From Patescibacteria group bacterium (GTDB taxonomy: Bacteria > Patescibacteriota > JAQUNI01), in assembly GCA_028717685.1 (NCBI GenBank), contig JAQUNI010000001.1:399451-463450 (forward strand): a DNA stretch of 64,000 nucleotides, read 5' to 3'. The position numbers were made by a program, and so were the translations under genes. Of the stretch, positions 1-11,290 are shown in pieces. How positions within the stretch are numbered: position 1 is the stretch's first letter; each line of letters opens with the position of its first letter. Under the pieces are notes generated by a model, which worked only from the letters and a program-made list of their open reading frames with translations, was not told the DNA's origin and searched no databases.

Positions 1-397
1 CCTAAATAAAATCGCGCGCGCCACCTATCAAAGCAAGTCTCTTTCCGCGCTCAAGGTGTGGGGCTTAGCTCTCGCCCGCATCAAACAGGATCGCAAAAAG
101 GGGGTAACCCTTTCCGCAATTACACGGAAAGACCTCAAAGAATTAGGCGCTAAACCAGAAGATCTAGAGGGCGTCGTAAATATAATCAATACGGCTCGGG
201 GAACCAAATACGCCATGCTCTTAATGGAACAGAAAGGGAATAAAATTCGCGCCAGTCTTCGTTCGGAATTAGGCAGGGGAGTGAACGTGGCGCGGATCGC
301 GGAACGTTACGGCGGCGGCGGGCACCCCTTGGCTTCAGGATTTACCATTAAAGGCAAGTTAATGAAAAGGAAGGGGAAGTGGGTTATCAAGAAATGA
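1..397 (+). CDS. DHH/DHHA1 family phosphoesterase (NrnA-like), 5'-truncated by the window edge
   Basis: Frame open from position 2; DHHA1 motifs SLRS and GGGGHPLASG. Confidence 0.85.
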   Translation, partial: LNKIARATYQSKSLSALKVWGLALARIKQDRKKGVTLSAITRKDLKELGAKPEDLEGVVNIINTARGTKYAMLLMEQKGNKIRASLRSELGRGVNVARIAERYGGGGHPLASGFTIKGKLMKRKGKWVIKK

Positions 398-499
398 AAA
401 ATTGAAAATGAAAAGCGAAAAATGATAATTTAAAATTAAAAAATTTTAGATTTTTATTTGTGGTTTTTCATTTTTAATTTTTAGTTTTCAATTTGAAAC

Positions 500-1078
500 A
501 TGCAGCTTATTCCTACTGTAATTGAAAAAACGCATTACGGCGAGCGGGCTTTTGATATCTATTCGCGGCTTCTAAAGGAACGGATTATTTTTTTAGGAAG
601 CTCAATTAACGACGCGGTAGCGAATACTGTGATTGCCCAGCTCTTGTTTTTAAATTCTGAAGATCAAGATAAGGATATCCAGCTTTTTATTAATTCGCCC
701 GGAGGTTCAGTCACGGCTGGTCTCGCGATCTACGACACAATGCAGTATGTGAAGCCTGAAATCTCCACGATTTGCATCGGTATGGCGGCGTCAATGGCAG
801 CGACTCTGCTTGCCGCGGGCGAGAAGGGTAAACGTTTCACCCTGCCCAACAGCGAAATCTTGCTGCATCAAATTATGGGCGGGGCAGAGGGTCAAGCGAG
901 CGATGTCGCCATTCGCGCGGGGCAAATTTTGAAAGTGAAAGACCGCTTGAATAAAATATTAGCCAAACATACCAGCCAACCCTTATCTAAAATTGAAAAA
1001 GACACCGACCGCGACTTTTATATGACCAGCGAGGAAGCAGTCAAATACGGGATTGCGGACAAGGTAATCAAAAAATAG
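500..1078 (+). CDS. clpP: ATP-dependent Clp protease proteolytic subunit
   Basis: [28 protein letters not shown] (catalytic Ser), DRDFYM. Confidence 0.98.
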   Translation: MQLIPTVIEKTHYGERAFDIYSRLLKERIIFLGSSINDAVANTVIAQLLFLNSEDQDKDIQLFINSPGGSVTAGLAIYDTMQYVKPEISTICIGMAASMAATLLAAGEKGKRFTLPNSEILLHQIMGGAEGQASDVAIRAGQILKVKDRLNKILAKHTSQPLSKIEKDTDRDFYMTSEEAVKYGIADKVIKK

Positions 1079-1177
1079 AAGCAAGAAGCTAGAATTAAGA
1101 ATCAAGAGTAAAAATACATATAAGGCAATATGGTTAAAATCTTGAAAACCCGAACAAACAAGAGAAAGGAGGTTGTA

Positions 1178-1420
1178 ATGCACTGGATAATAAAACTTGA
1201 ATCTAGATTTATTGAAGCAAAAGCATTGAAAGAAGATTTGAAAAATTTAAATTTATCTAATGATGTTCATTTAGAGCAGAATACTGATACTGGAGGGAGA
1301 ATAACTGCCGTCAGGATGTATATTCGGGAAGATAGAAGCAGAAATTTGATCCATCGAAAAATCAGAGAAGCTATACCGCTCTTTAATGGTTATGGTTATA
1401 AAGTGGAAAGAATAGAATAA
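1178..1420 (+). CDS. Small hypothetical protein (SD-led)
   Basis: AGGAGG just before ATG 1178 within the 1130..1420 ORF; terminator follows. Confidence 0.65.
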   Translation: MHWIIKLESRFIEAKALKEDLKNLNLSNDVHLEQNTDTGGRITAVRMYIREDRSRNLIHRKIREAIPLFNGYGYKVERIE

Positions 1421-1427
1421 AGGGCAG

Positions 1428-1452
1428 ACGGAGAAATTGATCTCCGTTTTTT
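1428..1452 (+). terminator. Intrinsic terminator
   Basis: ACGGAGA-6nt-TCTCCGT followed by a T-run. Confidence 0.7.
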
Positions 1453-1567
1453 ATTTTAATATTTAACTTATATGAATTATCTCTATTATCGTTAATCGGA
1501 CGCGATATTTTTGTTATTTGCAATAAAAAAGAACGTTATAATAAGCTTTGACGGTCTTGGTAAAAAA

Positions 1568-1960
1568 TTACAGCGAGAATTTTTGAATTACTTTAGCGAT
1601 ATTAAAAAGGAAACCGAAAAGAAAATAAGCTAATTCAAATGCTATGACCAGAAAAAATGATATGCCAAAAATTTCAATCACTTTATTCTCTAGTGACAGA
1701 ATGCGAAATTTTTTGATGAAATTATGCACCTTAATCCCATGATTGAGCCAGAGAAGATAAGTAACGTACAGGCATCCTGTGATAAAAGCTTGACAAACAA
1801 TTATAATCGCGATACTACCATAAGGAACGTAATTAGTAGAAAGGACCAGAACAATGGAAAAAGGTATACCAATAATTAAAGCTTTAAACAATAACTTCAC
1901 TTTATGATCTAGACTAGATAACCTAGAAAAAACATTCTTAAAGAATAATTTTGCTTCCAT
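1568..1960 (-). CDS. Hypothetical membrane protein, about 3 TM (SD-led)
   Basis: GGGAGG before ATG; three hydrophobic segments. Confidence 0.7.
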   Translation of the reverse strand: MEAKLFFKNVFSRLSSLDHKVKLLFKALIIGIPFSIVLVLSTNYVPYGSIAIIIVCQAFITGCLYVTYLLWLNHGIKVHNFIKKFRILSLENKVIEIFGISFFLVIAFELAYFLFGFLFNIAKVIQKFSL

Positions 1961-2175
1961 ATCGACCTCCCTGATAAAAATTGGGTAAAGAACGCCCGAA
2001 AAAAGACTGGTTATCGTGATTGGGAAACAGTAAAGTTATTTGGCGGCACCACCTCCCTCTTCCTGATAATTTAGATTGCAAAGAACCGATTTTCAAAAAG
2101 ATTAGTATAGTATTATTTCATAAAAGGCTTAAATGGGCAAGAAGGCGTAGAAAGTTCTACGCCTTTATAAAACTT

Positions 2176-2207
2176 AAAAAACAAGCCCTTACAATGGCTT
2201 GTTTTTT
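2176..2207. terminator. Bidirectional terminator downstream of gyrA
   Basis: AAAAAACAAGCC...GGCTTGTTTTTT. Confidence 0.7.
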
Positions 2208-2235
2208 AATCCACACTTTTTACTTTTTACTTTTT

Positions 2236-4671
2236 TTACACCCAGGTTATGCTCGCGACTTTATCTTCGTTTTTGAAACGCATCAGGGTTACGCCTTGGG
2301 TAGAGCGAGATTGTTTGGAAATGGTGTTAATCAGCATCCGAATGACCTGACCGCGCGCGGATATCAGAATTAAGTCCTGTTCTTCTTTGCCTAAAATCTT
2401 CATCGCCACTAAATTTCCGTTTTTCGCCGTGATTTTTGCGGTTTTAATCCCTTTCCCGCCCCGCTTTTGGACTTTGTATAGATTCAAAGGCGTGCGTTTG
2501 CCATAACCTTTTTCCGTCACCACTAACACCTGAAAACCCGTAATCGCGTATTGGCGCGGGATAATTTCCATAGCAATTACAGCGTCCTCTTGTCCTAGAG
2601 TAATGCCTTTGACCCCTGCCGCGGTCCGACCCATCGGTCTAATATCCGCCTCGCGAAAACGAACAGATTGACCTCGCCGCGTCGCAAGCATCACTTCATC
2701 CGACCCGGTGGAGGCTTCCGCCCATTCCAGAACGTCGCCTTTGCGCAAACGAATCGCCACCAAGCCACTTCGGCGGACATTGGCATATTCAGAGAGTTTG
2801 GTCTTCTTCACCACTCCCTGCTCCGTCGCCATCACTAAATACTTAAATTTGTGTTCTTTGGGAATCGCGACCATCGCGGTGACTTTTTCCTCTGCCGCCA
2901 CTTGGATAAAATTCACAAGGAGCTGACCCTTAGCGGCGCGGCCTGATTCCGGAATCTCGTGAGCCTTAAGCTGAAAAACGCGGCCACGATCCGTGAAAAA
3001 GTATAAATCTGAATGAGTGGTAGTTACGAAACAACAGCGCATCACATCTTCTTCCTTAACCTTTTGGCCGGCGACGCCCTTGCCTCCTCGGCTCTGCGCC
3101 CGATAAACGTCAGGCTTCATCCGCTTAACATAGCCGCCGCGCGTCAGGCTAAGAATGGTTTCCTCATCGGCAATCAAATCTTCATCGGAAAATTCGCCCA
3201 CTTTTTTCTTAAAAACGCGCGTCCTGCGTTCATCGCCATATTTTTCTTTAAGCATTTTCAATTCTTCCTTGACCACGCCCCAAATCCTTTTCTCGGAAGC
3301 GAGAATGCCTTCCAATTCAGCGATGAGCGTCCGCTTTTCTTTTAATTCATCTAGAATTTTCTTCCGCTCTAAACCCGCCAAAGAAGACAAGCGCATTTCT
3401 AAAATCGCGGTCGTCTGCTCCTCTGTAAACTTAAATTTCTTCATTAAATTGCGATGCGCCAGTTCTTTGGTTTTACTCTCCCGAATGGTGGTGATCACGG
3501 CATCTAATTTATCCAAAGCCTTCTTTAAGCCTTCCAAAATATGCTCTCGCGCTTTCGCTTCCGCCAGATTAAAACGGGTGCGGCGGGTCACTACCTCCTT
3601 GCGATGGTCCAAATAACATTCTAAAATATTTTCCAAAGGTAAAACCCGCGGTTGAATACCATCCACGAGCGCGAGCATATTCACATGAAAAGTAGACTGC
3701 AGGGAGGTTAAAACAAAAAGACGATTCAAAACCTTCTGGGGGTAGGCTTCTTTTTTTAAAAAAATCACGAGCCGTATCCCTTCGCGGTCTGATTCGTCGC
3801 GGATATCGCGGATGCCTTGGATCTTTTTGTTCTTCACAAGCTCCGCGATTTTTTCAATAAGTAAGGTTTTATTTACTTGGTAGGGAAGTTCAGTAATAAT
3901 AATATCAAAACCGCCCTTCTTGGTTTCTATAATCTGTGTTTTCGCGCGCATCACAATTGATCCTCGCCCCAGAGCGTATGCTTGGCGAATAGCGCTATAA
4001 TCGTAAATCTGACCTCCGGTCGGAAAATCCGGCCCTTTAATATATTGCAGTAAATCCTCAACAGTGGCGCTTTCACGATGGTCAATTAAATAAGTAAGAG
4101 CGTCTACAACCTCGCCTAAATTATGCGGGGGGATATTCGTCGCCATTCCCACCGCGATCCCGATTGTTCCGTTTAAAATGAGTTCCGGAAAAAGGCCGGG
4201 CAAAACAGAGGGTTCTCTGCGCGTGCCGTCATAGTTATCCCGCCAGGGGACCGTCTCTTTATTTAAGTCGCGCATCATCTCCTCGGCAAAGGTCTGCATC
4301 CGCGCCTCGGTATAGCGCATCGCCGCCGGAGGATCGCCATCTATGGAGCCAAAATTTCCCTGGCTGTCGATTAAGGGATAGCGCATCTTGAATTGCTGCG
4401 CCAGATGCACCATAGAAGGATAAACAATCATCTCACCGTGGGGATGATAATTGCCCGAAACATCGCCGCAGATCTTGGCGCTCTTCCTAAAACGTCCGCG
4501 CGGGGAAAGCCCTAAGTCGTTCAAGGTTACCAAAATCCGCCGTTGGACCGGCTTTAAACCATCGCGCACATCAGGAAGCGCCCGATCAATAATGACGCTC
4601 ATTGCGTAATCCAAATAAGATTCCTCCATTTCTTCTGTAATTTGACGCGATTTTATGTAACCAAGTTCCAT
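2236..4671 (-). CDS. gyrA: DNA gyrase subunit A
   Basis: YLDYAMSVI, YHPHG, AAMRYTE, GyrA-box QSRGGKG, C-terminal pinwheel repeats. Confidence 0.98.
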   Translation of the reverse strand: MELGYIKSRQITEEMEESYLDYAMSVIIDRALPDVRDGLKPVQRRILVTLNDLGLSPRGRFRKSAKICGDVSGNYHPHGEMIVYPSMVHLAQQFKMRYPLIDSQGNFGSIDGDPPAAMRYTEARMQTFAEEMMRDLNKETVPWRDNYDGTRREPSVLPGLFPELILNGTIGIAVGMATNIPPHNLGEVVDALTYLIDHRESATVEDLLQYIKGPDFPTGGQIYDYSAIRQAYALGRGSIVMRAKTQIIETKKGGFDIIITELPYQVNKTLLIEKIAELVKNKKIQGIRDIRDESDREGIRLVIFLKKEAYPQKVLNRLFVLTSLQSTFHVNMLALVDGIQPRVLPLENILECYLDHRKEVVTRRTRFNLAEAKAREHILEGLKKALDKLDAVITTIRESKTKELAHRNLMKKFKFTEEQTTAILEMRLSSLAGLERKKILDELKEKRTLIAELEGILASEKRIWGVVKEELKMLKEKYGDERRTRVFKKKVGEFSDEDLIADEETILSLTRGGYVKRMKPDVYRAQSRGGKGVAGQKVKEEDVMRCCFVTTTHSDLYFFTDRGRVFQLKAHEIPESGRAAKGQLLVNFIQVAAEEKVTAMVAIPKEHKFKYLVMATEQGVVKKTKLSEYANVRRSGLVAIRLRKGDVLEWAEASTGSDEVMLATRRGQSVRFREADIRPMGRTAAGVKGITLGQEDAVIAMEIIPRQYAITGFQVLVVTEKGYGKRTPLNLYKVQKRGGKGIKTAKITAKNGNLVAMKILGKEEQDLILISARGQVIRMLINTISKQSRSTQGVTLMRFKNEDKVASITWV

Positions 4672-4757
4672 AAATTTGGAATAAGGAATAAGGAATCATG
4701 AATTGAGAATAAAGAAATCTTTCCATTTTACTATTCCTGATTCATAATTCACAATTC

Positions 4758-5381
4758 CTAATTCCCTTCTATTCTGAACACAAAATTAGACTGCTCTCTC
4801 GCTCCTTCGCTTTGGACGCCCATAATGGATAAAGTGAAAGGCTTGCCCGGATCTAGGGCGGAAAAATGCAAGGCGCCGCTTACTTCGCTTTTAGCCGCAA
4901 CCAAATCCGGCAGAGGGTAATCCACTACTTTTTCTCTTTCTAATTCTGAAAATTCTTTTCCCTCCTGAATAATCTTGATTTTACTCTCTCCGGAAGGGCG
5001 CAATAAAACCCGCTCCTCCCCTGTATTGCTAATAAATATATAGACCCAGGTTATCTTCTCCTTAAAAACTATATTCACAAGCGTAATTTCCACATTTCCC
5101 TTGTTCTGGGTTTCCCCTACCTCTTTGCGGAGCAAAACAGAGCCGCTGTCTTCGCTTTGAAATTGCTCCTTCGCACTACCCAGTCCTGAATCTAATCGCA
5201 TCCCTTCCTTGCCCTTCTCTAATATCTCTCCCAACCCTCCTAGGTTCTGGCTTACTTTCTGACTATTGATTCTGAAATTAAAAGTCTGCAACCAAAAAAT
5301 ACCAATACCGACCGCGCAAACAGCCACCAATAAAAAAACCACTTTTTGTTTAAAAGCAACTGATTTATTCTGCAAGCTCAC
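4758..5381 (-). CDS. Membrane-anchored hypothetical protein with Ig-like (DUF4352-like) C-terminal domain
   Basis: N-terminal TM; beta-rich domain ISNTGEE...VSGALHF. Confidence 0.65.
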   Translation of the reverse strand: MSLQNKSVAFKQKVVFLLVAVCAVGIGIFWLQTFNFRINSQKVSQNLGGLGEILEKGKEGMRLDSGLGSAKEQFQSEDSGSVLLRKEVGETQNKGNVEITLVNIVFKEKITWVYIFISNTGEERVLLRPSGESKIKIIQEGKEFSELEREKVVDYPLPDLVAAKSEVSGALHFSALDPGKPFTLSIMGVQSEGAREQSNFVFRIEGN

Positions 5382-6022
5382 TGTTTTTTTAATATTTTAA
5401 TCTCGGTTTCCTCGCTAGTTAAGTCTTTTTTTCTGATCTTCAATTTATCCAGCTGCGACTCGGGCGATATCCCCATTTCTTCGCAGAATTTATTCAAAGG
5501 TTCAAGAGCTCTTTCTTTTTTCGCTCCGGGTAGATCATAATGCATAGGAATCACTAAACGCGGTTCAATTTGGCTTATGAGTTCGGGGATTTTGTCGCAA
5601 GATAAGGCATGTTTACTACCCGCAGAAACAAAAAGAATATCCACATCGCCCAAGGCGTCAACCATTTCCTCGGAGAGAAGATGCCCTAAATCGCCAAGGT
5701 GCACCAAAACCATACCTTCCACAACATAGCGGTAGATAATATTACCGCCGCGCTCTTTACCCTCTTTACCATCGTGAAAGGCGGGAAAACCTACAATGTA
5801 GACATCTTTCACCTCATACTCACCCGGGCTATCAATAATAAAAGGCTCGCCGATAATCCCTGAAACATAATTATGGTCATGATGGTTATGGCTCACAGTC
5901 ACAATATCAGCCTTGCTTTTTATACCCCTTAAACCCGTTTCAGGACCAAAAGGATCGGTAAGCAGAACCAGGTCTTTGATTTGAATTTTGAAACAAGAAA
6001 ATCCAAGCCAGGAGATAATCAT
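5378..6022 (-). CDS. MBL-fold metallo-hydrolase
   Basis: WLGFSCF, SHNHHDHN, HLGDLG, IPMHY. Confidence 0.92.
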   Translation of the reverse strand: MIISWLGFSCFKIQIKDLVLLTDPFGPETGLRGIKSKADIVTVSHNHHDHNYVSGIIGEPFIIDSPGEYEVKDVYIVGFPAFHDGKEGKERGGNIIYRYVVEGMVLVHLGDLGHLLSEEMVDALGDVDILFVSAGSKHALSCDKIPELISQIEPRLVIPMHYDLPGAKKERALEPLNKFCEEMGISPESQLDKLKIRKKDLTSEETEIKILKKQ

Positions 6023-6157
6023 ATTTCTTTCGGTAATTAGTAATTAGTAATCAGTAATTGGTAATCAGTAATCAGGGAATTATTGGCCCGAAGGGCCAAA
6101 AAAATTACCAATTACTAATTACGGATTACTAGTTTATTTTAACATAAGGTATTTGGT

Positions 6158-6186
6158 TTGACAACAATCATCTTTACAGATATAAT
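6158..6186 (+). promoter_or_regulatory. Sigma-70 promoter of rpsA
   Basis: TTGACA-17 nt-TATAAT, perfect consensus. Confidence 0.85.
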
Positions 6187-6239
6187 GGGCAATAGAACAA
6201 GAACTTAAGAGGTAGTGTCCACTTTACCTATCATTTTTT

Positions 6240-7493
6240 ATGAAAAAAATCGAGGATAAAAAACCCGAAAAAACTGAATTAAAATCACCAAGGAAAAATT
6301 CTTTAGGCGCTTTTTTAGCGAAAAAAGAGAAGAATAAAGAAGACTCAACAATGCACAAATTACTCAAAGAGAAAACGAACCTCTTTAAGATACCTCAAGT
6401 GGGAGAAATCATTAAAGGTAAAGTGATGCGCCAAGCAAAGAATGAGATAGAAGTAGACGTGGAAGGTATTGGCGTGGGCGTTATTCGCGGTCCCGAACTT
6501 TATCAAAATCCTGATCAGGAAATGAAAATCGGGGACCAAATCGTCGCTACTATTCTGGAGGTGGAAAATGAGGACGGCAGAATGGAGCTCTCTTCAAAAA
6601 GAGCCTACCGCGACGCCGCTTGGGAGGAGATTAATAAAATTATTGAAAACCACGAAACCATTGAGGTCAGAATCACCCAGGCGAATAAAGGCGGACTCTT
6701 AACCCAAGTGAAGGGGATCGCGGCCTTCCTGCCAGTTTCCCAACTGCATCATGAACACTACCCGAGGGTGGAAGACGCGGATCGCAATAAAATACTCACT
6801 AAATTGAACAAACTCGTAAATCAAACCTTGAAGGTTAAAATTATTGATGCCAACGCGGAGGAAGATCGTCTGATCATCTCGGAAAAACAAGCTACCTCCG
6901 AGGAGCAGAGGGATATTTTGGACAAACTCAAAGCCGGCGATGTCGTAGAGGGGGAAATTACGGGCGTGGTTAATTTCGGCGCCTTTATGCGTTTTAATGA
7001 TCTAGAAGGATTGATCCATATTTCGGAATTAGCCTGGCAACGGATTGAGAATCCCGAAGACATTGTTAAAGTCGGAGACAAGGTCAAAGCTAAAATCATC
7101 AGCATTGACGCTAATCGCATCTCTCTTTCCTTAAAATCCCTGCAAAAAGATCCTTGGGAGAAAAAAATTAAAAAATATAAAGTCGGCAATACCGTAGAGG
7201 GAGAAATCACCAAATTGTCTCCTTTCGGCGCCTTTGTGCAACTGGATGAGGATATTCATGGTCTCGCGCACATCTCCGAAATTACAGACGATCCATCGCA
7301 GCTGGAGAATATGGTCAAGATAGGGGAAAAAAGAAAATTTAAAATTCTTTCCATTGAACCTCAAGAACACCGCTTGGGTTTATCCATGAAGGCTTTGACC
7401 GAAGAAAAATCCCCAAAGGAAACTAAAACTCCCAAAGCAGCAAAGAAAAAAATGGCTAAAAAAAAGAAGGCGCCCGCTAAAGCTAAAAAATAA
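6240..7493 (+). CDS. rpsA: 30S ribosomal protein S1 (four S1 domains)
   Basis: Repeated S1 motifs (FGAFM...GLIHISEL; FGAFV...GLAHISEI). Confidence 0.93.
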   Translation: MKKIEDKKPEKTELKSPRKNSLGAFLAKKEKNKEDSTMHKLLKEKTNLFKIPQVGEIIKGKVMRQAKNEIEVDVEGIGVGVIRGPELYQNPDQEMKIGDQIVATILEVENEDGRMELSSKRAYRDAAWEEINKIIENHETIEVRITQANKGGLLTQVKGIAAFLPVSQLHHEHYPRVEDADRNKILTKLNKLVNQTLKVKIIDANAEEDRLIISEKQATSEEQRDILDKLKAGDVVEGEITGVVNFGAFMRFNDLEGLIHISELAWQRIENPEDIVKVGDKVKAKIISIDANRISLSLKSLQKDPWEKKIKKYKVGNTVEGEITKLSPFGAFVQLDEDIHGLAHISEITDDPSQLENMVKIGEKRKFKILSIEPQEHRLGLSMKALTEEKSPKETKTPKAAKKKMAKKKKAPAKAKK

Positions 7494-7650
7494 TTTTCGT
7501 AATATTTTTTTCTCTTTTCAGCTATTTCCGAGCAAGACAAAAAGCTCGGATTTATAATATCAACATCTTGTAACTTATAACGTGTAACTTATAACTCAAG
7601 AAAATGCTAATACCTTGCGTTACAAGTTTCAAGTTACAAGTTATAAAATA

Positions 7651-8619
7651 ATGATTATACTCAATAAAGTTCAAGAAGCAATTGAAAACCACAGACTAAT
7701 CAAAGACGGTGGAACGATTATCGTCGCTTGCTCTGGCGGTCCGGATTCGGTTTGCCTGACTCACATCTTGTGGCAATTACAAAAAAAGTTGGGATTCAAA
7801 ATCATTCTGGCGCATTTAAACCACAACTTACGGGGGAAAGAAAGCGATAGCGATAGCTGTTTTGTCCAAAAATTAGCAAAAGAACTAAACCTGCCCTTGG
7901 AAAATAAAAAGTTGCGGAGAAAGCCAAAAAACGAAGCAACCGCAAGAGAAGCCCGCTATACTTTCCTCGAACAAGTAAGAAAAAAACACGAGGGGCAGAG
8001 CATCGCGGCAGCGCACACGGCTGACGACCAAGCAGAAACTATTCTTTTGAACCTCTTGCGCGGAGCGGGGCTCGCCGGACTCGCGGGCATGCGGCATAAA
8101 AACAACTTCCTGATCCGTCCGCTTTTAGAATGCGGACGCGGAGAAATCCTCGGCTATCTTAAAGAAAACCGCCTTGCTTATCGCAACGACTCGTCAAATT
8201 TTGATTTAAAATATACCCGCAATAAAATCCGACACAAGCTCTTGCCTCTTCTGAAAAAAGAATACAATCCGCAAATTAGGAAAAATCTCCTCAAACTCGG
8301 AGAAGTGAGCCGCGCCGCAGAAGAGTATATTAGCGAGGAGGCTAAAAATTTTATCTGCCGCAATTCCAATCCTCTTCCCCTCAAATCTTGGCAAACCCTG
8401 CCTCCTATTTTAAAAACAGAAACCTTGAGGCAGATGATCGGCTCTGTCTTGGGTGGAGCCAAAGACATTTACGCCGTCCATCTAGAAGAGATGGTAAAAA
8501 TGCTGGAAAGCCCCCGCGGCAATAAAAAAAAGAACCTGCCGCGTGGGTTGCAGATTCTCAAGAAAGATGGTAGAATCTTAGTGTTTAGGGGGGATAAATT
8601 TAATGATTGGCGAATTTAA
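7651..8619 (+). CDS. tilS: tRNA(Ile)-lysidine synthetase
   Basis: PP-loop SGGPDS, HLNHNLR, AHTADDQAET, IRPLL, DSSN, TRNKIR; ATG 7651 preferred over TTG 7615, which lies in a repeat. Confidence 0.95.
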   Translation: MIILNKVQEAIENHRLIKDGGTIIVACSGGPDSVCLTHILWQLQKKLGFKIILAHLNHNLRGKESDSDSCFVQKLAKELNLPLENKKLRRKPKNEATAREARYTFLEQVRKKHEGQSIAAAHTADDQAETILLNLLRGAGLAGLAGMRHKNNFLIRPLLECGRGEILGYLKENRLAYRNDSSNFDLKYTRNKIRHKLLPLLKKEYNPQIRKNLLKLGEVSRAAEEYISEEAKNFICRNSNPLPLKSWQTLPPILKTETLRQMIGSVLGGAKDIYAVHLEEMVKMLESPRGNKKKNLPRGLQILKKDGRILVFRGDKFNDWRI

Positions 8620-8865
8620 AATCCCTTGTAATAACTTGTAGGACTTAACAGCATTTTCCGTTAAAACCCACTCATCCGGAATATTATGCAGACTACCCAT
8701 AGGGTCGTGATCATGGCAGAGATCGGACTTTAGGTTTCCCACTCCTTCCCTCAAGTCGCATTCATTTCTTGCCGCTTTCGGATCATCTTGAATGTTCTCT
8801 AAACGGCTGATTTCTCTTTCCGCTTGAGCAATAAGCCCTCGCGCTTTTTTCATTGTAATCTTCAC
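8578..8865 (-). CDS. Small hypothetical protein (SD-led) between tilS and ftsH
   Basis: AAGGAGG before GTG; overlaps the tilS 3' end by 42 bp. Confidence 0.6.
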   Translation of the reverse strand: MKITMKKARGLIAQAEREISRLENIQDDPKAARNECDLREGVGNLKSDLCHDHDPMGSLHNIPDEWVLTENAVKSYKLLQGILNSPIIKFIPPKH

Positions 8866-8992
8866 GGGTTGCCTCCTTTGAAAATACGGTTAGTATATAA
8901 AGAAAAGAGCCAATCTACACAATTTTATAACTTTAAAACCTGTGATGCGAATTATTAAACATAATAAATAACCCTATTTTTGTCAATAAAAT

Positions 8993-10903
8993 ATGAAAAA
9001 AATGAAAAACATTGTTAAAAATTTATTAATCGCCTTTGTGGTTTTTCTGTTTATCGCGGGCTTTTTCTCGCTCTACAATGCCCCAGGCTTTGAGCAACGC
9101 AAACAGGTCTCTTTAACCGCTTTAGCCCAAGAGATTAAAGATGACAAGGTAAAAATCATTGAGATTCAAGAAGACCAATTAAATATTGAGCTTAGGGACA
9201 ATACCAAACAGGAAAGCCAAAAAGAAGTAGGGGTGTCTTTATTCGATTCTTTAAACGGCTTTGACGTGCCTAAAGACAAAATTGACCAAGTGGAAATTAA
9301 TGTCAAGGATCTATCCGGCACTAAATTCTGGCTTAATACGGTTTTACCTTTTTTACTGCCTATTCTTTTGATCGGCGGCTTTATCTGGTTTATGTTCCGA
9401 GGAGTGCAGCGCGGCAACCGCAACGCGCTCTCCTTTGGTGAAGCCCGCGTCCGCGAGCAAAAACCCGAAGACCCTAAAAAGCGAAAAACCACCTTCGATG
9501 ATGTGGCAGGCTGCCACGAAGCCAAGGAGGAATTAAAAGAAGTGGTGGATTTTTTGAAAAATCCACGCAAGTACCTCGCAATGGGAGCGCGCATTCCTAA
9601 AGGCGCAATGCTCATCGGTCCGCCAGGGACAGGTAAAACCCTTCTTGCCCGAGCCGTGGCAGGGGAGGCGAACGTGCCTTTTTTCCATATGTCTGGCTCG
9701 GAATTTGTGGAGATGTTCGTTGGCGTCGGCGCGAGCCGCGTCCGCGACCTTTTCGCAAAGGCAAAAAAGGCGGCGCCAGCGATTGTTTTCGTAGACGAAA
9801 TTGACGCCGTGGGACGCCAACGCGGCGCTGGCCTCGGAGGCTCACACGACGAGCGTGAACAGACTTTAAATCAAATCTTGGTGGAGATGGATGGTTTTGA
9901 GCAAGACACTAACGTGATTGTCGTTGCCGCCACCAATAGACCAGATGTTTTAGATCCAGCGCTGCTTAGACCCGGACGTTTCGACCGCCGTATTGTTTTA
10001 GATCTGCCGGATATAAACGACCGCATTGCGATTTTAAAAGTGCACATTAAAGGCAAACCTCTGACGGCTAATGTTGATTTGCGCGAAGTTGCCGAGCGCA
10101 CGCCGGGTTTTTCCGGCGCGGATTTGGCAAATATGGTAAACGAAGGGGCGATTGCCGCCGCCCGCCACAATCAAAAAGAGGTGAAGCAAAAGGACTTTTT
10201 GGAGGCGATTGAAAAAGTGCTTTTGGGCCCAGAGCGCAAAAGTCATGTCTTAAATAAAAGGGAAAAACGGATCACAGCCTATCACGAGGCAGGGCACGCG
10301 CTGGTTACCCATATCCTGCCCCATGCTGACCCGGTGCATAAAATTTCCATCATCTCCCGCGGTCTTGCCGCGGGCTACACCCTGAAGCTCCCTTCCGAGG
10401 ATCGCAAACTGCACTCCAAATCCGAGTTTTTAGACGAACTCTCTGTACTCCTCGCGGGTCAAATCGCGGAAAAAGAAATATTTAATGAATTAACCACGGG
10501 CGCGGCTAACGATCTGCGCGAGGCAACGCGGCTTGCTAGAAGCCTCGTTATGGAATACGGGATGAGCGACCTTGGACCGATGACCTTTGGCGAGCGCGAG
10601 GAACTTATTTTCCTTGGCCGCACTATTTCCGAAAACCGCGACTATGGCGAGGCTGTCGCCAGCCAAATTGACGCGGAAGTGAAAAAATTTATCCAAAACG
10701 CGTCCCAATCCGCCACAAAGGTTATTCAAAATCAGAAAGAAAAATTAGAACTTATCGCCCAAACCCTGATTAAAAAAGAAACAATTGAAAGAGCGGAGTT
10801 TGAAAAGTTAATGAAAGGAGAGCCAAAAACAGAGCCTAAAACGCAAAAGAAGGAAAGGAAAATGCAGGAAAACGAGAAGGTTGAAAAGATAGAAGCGCTA
10901 TAG
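8993..10903 (+). CDS. ftsH: ATP-dependent zinc metalloprotease FtsH
   Basis: 2 [22 protein letters not shown]. Confidence 0.98.
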   Translation: MKKMKNIVKNLLIAFVVFLFIAGFFSLYNAPGFEQRKQVSLTALAQEIKDDKVKIIEIQEDQLNIELRDNTKQESQKEVGVSLFDSLNGFDVPKDKIDQVEINVKDLSGTKFWLNTVLPFLLPILLIGGFIWFMFRGVQRGNRNALSFGEARVREQKPEDPKKRKTTFDDVAGCHEAKEELKEVVDFLKNPRKYLAMGARIPKGAMLIGPPGTGKTLLARAVAGEANVPFFHMSGSEFVEMFVGVGASRVRDLFAKAKKAAPAIVFVDEIDAVGRQRGAGLGGSHDEREQTLNQILVEMDGFEQDTNVIVVAATNRPDVLDPALLRPGRFDRRIVLDLPDINDRIAILKVHIKGKPLTANVDLREVAERTPGFSGADLANMVNEGAIAAARHNQKEVKQKDFLEAIEKVLLGPERKSHVLNKREKRITAYHEAGHALVTHILPHADPVHKISIISRGLAAGYTLKLPSEDRKLHSKSEFLDELSVLLAGQIAEKEIFNELTTGAANDLREATRLARSLVMEYGMSDLGPMTFGEREELIFLGRTISENRDYGEAVASQIDAEVKKFIQNASQSATKVIQNQKEKLELIAQTLIKKETIERAEFEKLMKGEPKTEPKTQKKERKMQENEKVEKIEAL

Positions 10904-11045
10904 AGAATTTCTAATTTTCAATTTCTAATTTCTATTAAATTTTTAATAGGTTAATTTTCAAATACTTGTTTTAAAAGGAAGTTTAAAAATTAAAACATTA
11001 GAAATTTAATGAAAATTTGTGCTTGAAAATTGAAAATTAAAAAAA

Positions 11046-11117
11046 GGGTCCGTAGCTCAGTGGTAGAGCGCCCGGCTCATAACCGGTTGGTCATAGGTTC
11101 GATCCCTATCGGACCCA
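11046..11117 (+). tRNA. tRNA with CAT anticodon, most likely tRNA-Ile2 (TilS substrate)
   Basis: Cloverleaf GGGTCCG...CGGACCC-A; anticodon arm CCGG-CTCATAA-CCGG resembles Ile2; lacks initiator features; CCA not encoded. Confidence 0.9.
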
Positions 11118-11217
11118 CAATAAAAAGTGAAAAGTTAAAAGTTACAATTAAAAATTAAAGGTTCAAAATTTAAAATTGTAATTTTTAATTTTTCATTTTA
11201 CATTTTTAATTTATTCC

Positions 11218-11290
11218 GGGCCCATGGCTCAGTTGGTAGAGCGCCTCCATGGCATGGAGGAGGTCACCGGTCCGAATCCGGTTGGGTCCA
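11218..11290 (+). tRNA. tRNA-Ala(GGC)
   Basis: G3:U70 pair, anticodon GGC; T-loop reads TCCGAAT. Confidence 0.92.

Noticed and set aside
2020-2373. 117-aa plus-strand ORF and the many other antisense ORFs in the track
   Set aside because: They overlap well-supported genes on the opposite strand or span terminators (shadow ORFs).
6033-6132. Short tandem repeats as a possible CRISPR array
   Set aside because: 7-nt degenerate units without unique spacers, and no cas genes in the window.
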